Sequence record: OR896833.1 | Source of the DNA: Escherichia phage WaterSpirit | Direction: 5' to 3' (one strand) | DNA length: 51,324 bases | In this document: piece after piece, positions 46,188 through 51,324 of the stretch | Layout: each line of letters opens with the position of its first letter | Numbering within the stretch: the first letter of the stretch is position 1 | Made by a program: the position numbers and the translations under genes | Notes under the pieces: generated by a model | Seen by the model: the letters and a program-made list of their open reading frames with translations, nothing else | The model's database searches: none | Told to the model about the DNA's origin: nothing

Positions 46188-46457
46188 ATGACACGCAAAA
46201 TTGAAATATTCCAGGCCATAGACAGAATCGACATGAGGGATTCACTATTCGCTATTGAGTCCATTGATGGCGAAGACGTCGCCTACAACGTAGAGCTGGA
46301 TGAATACAGCTTCGACTGTGTGCGCAAAAAGTTTGCAGATAAAATTGCTATGCAAGGCCGATGCTTGCATAAAGACTCAAGCATAGAGCCTAGACGAAGC
46401 GACATGATTAATCCAAAACTTGTTGAGACTATTACTTTTGTGGAGAGCAGAAAATGA
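46188..46457 (+). CDS. Hypothetical protein (89 aa)
   Basis: ORF; stop overlaps next start. Confidence 0.3.
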   Translation: MTRKIEIFQAIDRIDMRDSLFAIESIDGEDVAYNVELDEYSFDCVRKKFADKIAMQGRCLHKDSSIEPRRSDMINPKLVETITFVESRK

Positions 46458-47044
46458 AAAGAGACATCATTATCCTGAATGGGCCACCTGGAGTGGGAAA
46501 GGACACCATTGCGGCATACCTTACCGGACACCGATACCCAGCAGTTAAGGCATCATTCAAACAGCCAATGTTCGATATTGCGTTCTCCATGCTTGGCGTG
46601 TGCCGATACGATGAATTTATGGACTTGTACAACGACCGGGAACAGAAAGAGAAGCCTCAAGTTATTTTGGGCGGCAAGTCACCGCGACAGTTCATGATCT
46701 GGATTAGCGAGGAGGTCATGAAGCCAGCATTTGGGGATCAGTATTTCGGCCGTCGCATGGTTGAAGAGATTCACGAGATGTACCGAGATTTGGCAGTTGT
46801 GATCAGCGATGGGGGATTCACCGAAGAAATAAAGCCACTGATTAAAGCAGGTCACAAAGTGCACATTTGCCGACTGCATCGCGAGGGGTACACGTTCGAT
46901 GGCGACTCGCGAAACTATATCGACATGGGCGACTATCATCACCGCCTCAAGCATTACGATTTCACGTTGCACGATGGCGAGCCAGAAAAGACGGTAGAGG
47001 AAATCATCGAAACCGTGCAGTGGTATTTCACAAAAATCAAATAG
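46454..47044 (+). CDS. P-loop kinase (nucleotide or polynucleotide kinase-like)
   Basis: 196 aa; Walker A GPPGVGKDT near N-terminus. Confidence 0.5.
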   Translation: MKRDIIILNGPPGVGKDTIAAYLTGHRYPAVKASFKQPMFDIAFSMLGVCRYDEFMDLYNDREQKEKPQVILGGKSPRQFMIWISEEVMKPAFGDQYFGRRMVEEIHEMYRDLAVVISDGGFTEEIKPLIKAGHKVHICRLHREGYTFDGDSRNYIDMGDYHHRLKHYDFTLHDGEPEKTVEEIIETVQWYFTKIK

Positions 47045-47084
47045 CACGAATTGCTAAACGCGGGGCGCAATGCTCCGCTATAAT
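47042..47084 (+). promoter_or_regulatory. 18-bp element, GAATTGC variant + 19-nt spacer + TATAAT
   Basis: TAGCACGAATTGCTAAAC 47042-47059; TATAAT 47079-47084 inside CGGGG/CCCCG hairpin. Confidence 0.45.
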
Positions 47085-47115
47085 TTACCCCGTTCAGTAA
47101 ACATAGGAATCAACA

Positions 47116-47517
47116 ATGTTAGAGCTTAACAATATCCGCACCGGAACAAAATTTCGCGTAACCTGGGCAGACGAAAAATGCGGCCTTCGTCGTGGTGAGA
47201 TTGTAACCGCCCAATCCCGTTACATCGGCAGACTGGAGAACTACAAGCGCCCACGCATTAAATTCGGCTACATCATCACCGATAGCCTGGGATTTGACAA
47301 TTACGTGATCAAGTCCAGCACCGGAATCATCGCAGACCTTAAGCGAATCCGCAACCATCGCGGCTGCCACGTAAAGACCATGAAAACTCCATTCCAGAAT
47401 GCCAGATACGATGCGCGACGTATGCGCCGACTTGCTCGCAACGCCTGTAAGTTCAAGAAGACTGGCGATGATTTTTACAAAACCTACCAGGGGATCGCGC
47501 GCAATGCTGGCAAATAA
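47116..47517 (+). CDS. Hypothetical basic protein (133 aa)
   Basis: ORF, Arg/Lys-rich. Confidence 0.35.
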   Translation: MLELNNIRTGTKFRVTWADEKCGLRRGEIVTAQSRYIGRLENYKRPRIKFGYIITDSLGFDNYVIKSSTGIIADLKRIRNHRGCHVKTMKTPFQNARYDARRMRRLARNACKFKKTGDDFYKTYQGIARNAGK

Positions 47518-47616
47518 CGTCGATTCGACTAATCCAAAGCCGCCATTTGATTTTCATAAGGCGATGGCTGTGATACTATTCGTTCTGTTAATTTTTCACT
47601 GTTTGAGGTTTGGATT

Positions 47617-47868
47617 ATGGTTATCAATGCACTAAAGCGGCTTATTCGTCCAGAATACAGGATCGTATGTTGCACTGAATGCAAGGTTTACTATCTGCAA
47701 CGTCGTAGCACCTGGCGCGGTCGCTGGGAATATCTGACAGAGGATTCATTCGGCCTGTTAGCTATGGAGTTTGCCCGATACAGTTCGGCGGCAATGTATG
47801 CGAAAACAGCGCACCGATTCCGCAAATCACGCCTTCGTTTGCTTGTTGTTAATAAGTGCGATGTATAG
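47617..47868 (+). CDS. Hypothetical protein (83 aa) with CxxC motif
   Basis: RBS GAGGTT upstream. Confidence 0.3.
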   Translation: MVINALKRLIRPEYRIVCCTECKVYYLQRRSTWRGRWEYLTEDSFGLLAMEFARYSSAAMYAKTAHRFRKSRLRLLVVNKCDV

Positions 47869-47876
47869 GATCACGA

Positions 47877-48056
47877 ATGAAGATAGCAATTATCACTTTT
47901 ATTGCCCTTATCGCTGGTTGCTACCTTGCTTATAATTATAGCGGCATTGTTGAGTCAATCGGCGGGTTGATTATCTTCATGGCTGGCGGTTATGCTGGAT
48001 ATTGTGACGGATTCGAAAACGGAAAGCGTTATGTGCTGACCGGAAAGAAAAAGTAA
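47877..48056 (+). CDS. Small membrane protein (59 aa)
   Basis: Two hydrophobic segments. Confidence 0.3.
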   Translation: MKIAIITFIALIAGCYLAYNYSGIVESIGGLIIFMAGGYAGYCDGFENGKRYVLTGKKK

Positions 48057-48100
48057 AACACGCGCCGCCGCAAGGTGGCGTTTTCTATAGGAGAAAGAAA

Positions 48101-48391
48101 ATGGCAACTATGCGCAAAATGCTTATCAATGGCTTTGAAAGAGAAATTCGCCGTCGAGGCTGGGATGATTCTAAAAATTCACCTTACACTATCAATCGCG
48201 GAGATTATAAATCAGTTCGACATTTTGCACGATGCCTGGCTGGATGCTACGACCTGGAGCATCCTTTCCCGTTCATGAACGAAACTCTAACAGAAATGAT
48301 GGAAGAGGCCGCAACTCAAGATCGCCCACTGACGCAACATGATTTTGATGAGTTTGCGCACTGGGAAATCGAATGTGCGCTATATAAATAG
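48101..48391 (+). CDS. Hypothetical protein (96 aa)
   Basis: RBS GGAGAAAGAAA; stop TAG inside the conserved element. Confidence 0.35.
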   Translation: MATMRKMLINGFEREIRRRGWDDSKNSPYTINRGDYKSVRHFARCLAGCYDLEHPFPFMNETLTEMMEEAATQDRPLTQHDFDEFAHWEIECALYK

Positions 48392-48431
48392 CACTTTTTG
48401 TTAAAACCAGCTTCGGCTGGTTTTGTATTAT
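48389..48431 (+). promoter_or_regulatory. 18-bp element + 19-nt hairpin spacer + TATTAT
   Basis: TAGCACTTTTTGTTAAAA 48389-48406; CCAGC-TTCG-GCTGG hairpin + TTTTG; TATTAT 48426-48431. Confidence 0.45.
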
Positions 48432-48461
48432 ATGCGCATCGACAACAGAGGAGGCCGGAAC

Positions 48462-48647
48462 ATGGCAACGCTGACAGTTAAAACAAAATTTTCCGTTATG
48501 AAGTTCGAATGTGAGCAATACAATTACAAGAAAGGTGGCAGCTTCGGAACGCTGGTTACATACGACAAAGAAGGTCGACAACTTGAAGTGGTGACAATAG
48601 GTAATGCGCTAGGCGGCGAGAATCCACAATTTCAGTTTGAGGGATAA
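48462..48647 (+). CDS. Hypothetical protein (61 aa)
   Basis: RBS GAGGAGG upstream of ATG 48462. Confidence 0.3.
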   Translation: MATLTVKTKFSVMKFECEQYNYKKGGSFGTLVTYDKEGRQLEVVTIGNALGGENPQFQFEG

Positions 48648-48650
48648 GTG

Positions 48651-48899
48651 ATGAAAGATAAAAGTTTTGTAGGCCATGTTCGCGTTAAGTTAATCAATGT
48701 TGACTATCGTCCAGATCCAGAATCACCTACATTGCGCGAGTGGGCTGGATTCGAAAATGGAAAGGAAATGGTAGTAGAGCTTTACAAAGACGGTGAGATG
48801 TGGGCTATGGCTGGCGTTAACCGTAGCGGCGAATTTGGCGAAGTGAAGGAAACAGATTGGTTTAGTTTGACAAACGAAGAAGCGGAGATTATCGAATGA
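48651..48899 (+). CDS. Hypothetical protein (82 aa)
   Basis: RBS GAGGGA upstream. Confidence 0.3.
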   Translation: MKDKSFVGHVRVKLINVDYRPDPESPTLREWAGFENGKEMVVELYKDGEMWAMAGVNRSGEFGEVKETDWFSLTNEEAEIIE

Positions 48900-49204
48900 T
48901 TACGATCAACCTTTCAGAAGAGCAAGCGCGAATTATGTTAGCGGCCTTTGGTTGGCGAGATGATAACGGTATTCAGGCAACGGTTAAAATTCCTGAGTCT
49001 GTAGCGCGTGAAGTTTTTAACCAGCTTGAACACGCATTTGTTCCCGCTGGTTCTGATCAGGCAGAAACAGCGGCATGGTTTGGTGAGAATGGCTACCGAG
49101 ATCAGCAGATTGAGGACTGGAAGCGAAAGAATGAAAGCATGGAGTCGGCATTTGCTGATTACGTTCAATCAGTTGCAAATCATGTATCGGAGAAATACAA
49201 ATGA
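48896..49204 (+). CDS. Hypothetical protein (102 aa)
   Basis: Start overlaps upstream stop (ATGA). Confidence 0.35.
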   Translation: MITINLSEEQARIMLAAFGWRDDNGIQATVKIPESVAREVFNQLEHAFVPAGSDQAETAAWFGENGYRDQQIEDWKRKNESMESAFADYVQSVANHVSEKYK

Positions 49205-49515
49205 TTTACATTCACTACTACCAAATCGGAACAAACGAGAACAAAAAAGAGCATCGCTTCATTCATGATGATTTTGACAAGGCAAAGGCGCAGCAACAGG
49301 TTTTAGGCGGTGTCATTCAGGCTTTTGAGCCTGTAGAAGATATTGAGCACCGCGATCATTTAAAAGATATTGTCATTGATGAGATCTCTTGCTTGATTGA
49401 CGATATGACAAATCACGGCCCTGGTTCCCCGTGGGAAGATGCAGGATCTGTAACGTGGGACAAGGCAAAAGTTAAGACGCTAAACAACTTTCGGGAGATT
49501 CTCGACGGTTTTTAA
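49201..49515 (+). CDS. Hypothetical protein (104 aa)
   Basis: Start overlaps upstream stop (ATGA). Confidence 0.35.
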   Translation: MIYIHYYQIGTNENKKEHRFIHDDFDKAKAQQQVLGGVIQAFEPVEDIEHRDHLKDIVIDEISCLIDDMTNHGPGSPWEDAGSVTWDKAKVKTLNNFREILDGF

Positions 49516-49585
49516 TTAAAAACACATAGCCGCTAGAGAGCCTCAATAGCATTCTAACGAGCTATTTTTTAAGTAAGGTGATTTT

Positions 49586-49714
49586 ATGGGTGAGTACAAA
49601 CAGCCTTCGCAGTGGTGCAAAGAGAAGCAGGAGGAAGCACTGGAGCGCGGAGATGTAGAAGAAGCTATGAACTATTTCAAACTTGCGGAAGAATGGAAGG
49701 GGAGAGGATACTGA
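49586..49714 (+). CDS. Small hypothetical protein (42 aa), below ORF-track cutoff
   Basis: RBS AAGGTG; stop overlaps next ATG (TGATG). Confidence 0.25.
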   Translation: MGEYKQPSQWCKEKQEEALERGDVEEAMNYFKLAEEWKGRGY

Positions 49715-49944
49715 TGTTCGGCATGAATGAGGCGCAATTCAACGCAGCTAAACGCCAGGCTAAAAAGTGCGGCGAGGCGATGAAAGCGGATGTAGAAAAG
49801 CGCGGGAAGTATGTTGATGAAGTAATGAAGAGCATCATTGCAGAGCACTACCAACCAATCGCGCCAATGTTGACGATCACGCAATTTATCTGGCTGTGCG
49901 GTTACTTGCGCGGGAGGTGGGGTAATGCTTTCGACCGCGAATGA
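49714..49944 (+). CDS. Hypothetical protein (76 aa)
   Basis: ORF from ATG 49714. Confidence 0.3.
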   Translation: MFGMNEAQFNAAKRQAKKCGEAMKADVEKRGKYVDEVMKSIIAEHYQPIAPMLTITQFIWLCGYLRGRWGNAFDRE

Positions 49945-50075
49945 TTGACAACGTTGTCATGATTGGATAGCATCAATCCCGTAAACGTAAGAGCGGCCTT
50001 GCTGCCGAACGCGTGACGCGATAGTCACAAACAACGGCGCTATGCTGGGACACTGTAAGACGTAGCGCCTTTTTT
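49945..50075 (+). promoter_or_regulatory. Palindromic operator-like site (TGACAACGTTGTCA) within TTGACA element, followed by hairpin + T6
   Basis: Perfect 14-bp palindrome at 49946-49959; GGCGCTA/TAGCGCC stem at 50036-50069 followed by TTTTTT. Confidence 0.3.
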
Positions 50076-50089
50076 ACGGAGCAAATAAA

Positions 50090-50323
50090 ATGCAAAAGTT
50101 CAAACTTACAATTGCCTTTCGCGATGAGGTCATTCATCCTTTCTACGGTAGCTTTGATAAATGCTTTACGGTAGAAGTCACAGAAAATCAGCTTAATGGT
50201 GATGATACGTGTATTTCTATCGGTGATGTTGCCTACCCGATTCATAATATTACTTGCATTAAGCGTGAGGTTATCGCCAGTGATTTACAAGGTGAAACTA
50301 ACGATTCGACGGATGGGGCGTAA
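50090..50323 (+). CDS. Hypothetical protein (77 aa)
   Basis: ORF from ATG 50090. Confidence 0.3.
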   Translation: MQKFKLTIAFRDEVIHPFYGSFDKCFTVEVTENQLNGDDTCISIGDVAYPIHNITCIKREVIASDLQGETNDSTDGA

Positions 50324-50461
50324 TTGCTCATCTTGCAAACAAGATTTTGAATGTGAGGTTGCGGCCTTTAATGCAGAGCACGCCGTTAACCTTGCAAAAC
50401 GCCTTTCAGGTGCGAATCCTGAAACACATCAATTTTCCATTAACTTTGTAAAGGAAATGTC

Positions 50462-50704
50462 ATGAGTACGTTACTATTTGTTTTAAGTTATATCCTCACC
50501 TTTATTGCTGGCGCATTTGCATGGGGATGCCTGACGTCAGTCGCAATAGCTCATCTTGCACGTAAAGGCAAGGCGGCGTTTGCCATTTACTCAAGCAAGG
50601 ATGAGAAATGGCATGTTCGCGGTCGATACCTGCGGATCGGACAGGAAATTCACAAGCACATCAAAGCAATGGACGGAAAAGTGGAATACAAATTGCTTGA
50701 GTGA
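50462..50704 (+). CDS. Small membrane protein (80 aa)
   Basis: N-terminal hydrophobic segments. Confidence 0.3.
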   Translation: MSTLLFVLSYILTFIAGAFAWGCLTSVAIAHLARKGKAAFAIYSSKDEKWHVRGRYLRIGQEIHKHIKAMDGKVEYKLLE

Positions 50705-50713
50705 CGAAAAACA

Positions 50714-50738
50714 GCCCGCCTTTATGGCGGGTTTTTTA
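50714..50738 (+). terminator. Intrinsic terminator (CCCGCC-TTTAT-GGCGGG + T6)
   Basis: Direct read after the early-right gene block. Confidence 0.6.
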
Positions 50739-50790
50739 TTGCCTGTTATTTGCTATAATGATGCCCTGTTATCAAAAAGGAGAAATGATT

Positions 50791-51312
50791 ATGGCACGCA
50801 ATCCTGAGCCAGTAGTGAAGGTTCAAAACTTCAAGGAACTATATAACAAGAAATACGGAGATATTGTCACCGTGCAGGCCAGCAGCCGATACACACCGGA
50901 ACAGATTTTCGATCTGGCTGTGCGTTACTTCACCTGGGCAGAACAAAACCACATCCAGGCGGCAGAAACGGCATCTTTCCAGGGCGATGTGTATGAAAGC
51001 AAAGTGCATAAGCCGCGAGTGTTTACGCTGACCGGATTTTCTTTGTTTTCCGGTATCTCTGACAGCAACATCCAGAGACTGCGAAAACTCCCAGGTTACA
51101 GCGATGTTATGGCGTTTATTGATTCCGTTGTATTTGAGCAAAAATTTCAGCTTGCCGCTCACAACATGATTAACCCTGGCTTAATCGGCAAAGAGATCGG
51201 AATAGACAAGCCAGCAAGCATCAACGTTGAGGCCACGGCTGATTCCAGCATCGAATCCGTGACGGCTGAGGAAGTGCGCGAGGCTGTACGCGATATTCTG
51301 GATAATATCTAA
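50791..51312 (+). CDS. Terminase small subunit
   Basis: 173 aa from ATG 50791 (RBS AAGGAG); segment FTLTGFSLFSGISDSNIQR resembles the small-terminase HTH region; adjacent to the large terminase in the circular map. Confidence 0.6.
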   Translation: MARNPEPVVKVQNFKELYNKKYGDIVTVQASSRYTPEQIFDLAVRYFTWAEQNHIQAAETASFQGDVYESKVHKPRVFTLTGFSLFSGISDSNIQRLRKLPGYSDVMAFIDSVVFEQKFQLAAHNMINPGLIGKEIGIDKPASINVEATADSSIESVTAEEVREAVRDILDNI

Positions 51313-51324
51313 TGGTGGTGTTTT

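Noticed and set aside
31083-48431. Reading the conserved element as a simple canonical sigma70 -35 box
   Set aside because: The TTGTTA/TTGCTA within the element is about 22 bp from the -10-like hexamer, outside the 16-19 bp range, so it is reported as a non-canonical class rather than annotated as standard promoters.
50741-50759. Canonical promoter upstream of the small terminase gene (TTGCCT ... TATAAT at 50754-50759)
   Set aside because: The TTGCCT is only 9 bp from the TATAAT and no alternative -35 at 17 bp is convincing; only a possible -10 is left, so no promoter feature was called.
1-51324. CRISPR array, tRNA genes, integrase or repressor (lysogeny module)
   Set aside because: No regularly spaced direct repeats with unique spacers, no cloverleaf candidates with a T-loop consensus found by eye, and no tyrosine or serine recombinase-like ORF; the two HTH proteins alone do not support a lysogeny module.

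Overview
The window reads as a complete, circularly permuted genome of a T1-like (Drexlerviridae-type) virulent siphophage of an enterobacterial host, opened at the large-terminase start (the small-terminase gene ends at 51312 and the large-terminase gene starts at 1). All calls are from reading the sequence and ORF translations; no database search was run. Layout: (1) 1-19714 (+) late structural module in lambda-like order: large terminase, portal, head morphogenesis, major capsid, tail tube, tape measure, M/L/K/I and the J central fibre; (2) 19741-20905 (-) a three-gene operon with a lipoprotein next to J, the likely receptor-binding / superinfection-exclusion locus; (3) 21418-23995 (+) exonuclease, Erf-like annealing protein and SSB; (4) 24029-28554 (-) tail fibre genes, primase and an HTH protein; (5) 28640-33998 (+) helicase, VRR-NUC nuclease, Dam-like methyltransferase and an HTH-metallophosphoesterase fusion; (6) 34123-35213 (+) holin, endolysin and a unimolecular spanin; (7) 35228-41783 (-) about 20 small early genes plus a P-loop ATPase and a C5-methyltransferase-like gene; (8) 42516-50704 (+) about 22 small early genes including a lipoprotein and a HAD-phosphatase / P-loop-kinase pair; (9) 50791-51312 small terminase. 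No integrase, repressor, tRNA or CRISPR array was found. The most striking signal is non-coding: an 18-bp element (consensus TAGCACTTTTTGTTAAAA, variant TAGCACGAATTGCTAAA) recurs at about 17 intergenic sites, and at about 13 of them it sits 18-19 bp upstream of a -10-like hexamer, usually with its TAG serving as the upstream gene's stop codon and often with a GC-rich hairpin in the spacer. I read this as a phage-specific promoter class with non-canonical geometry. Two homologous divergent control regions (20906-21417 and 41864-42509) carry near-identical sigma70 promoters and GCGAAC repeats. Candidate structured RNAs lie at 43289-43484 and 49945-50075.
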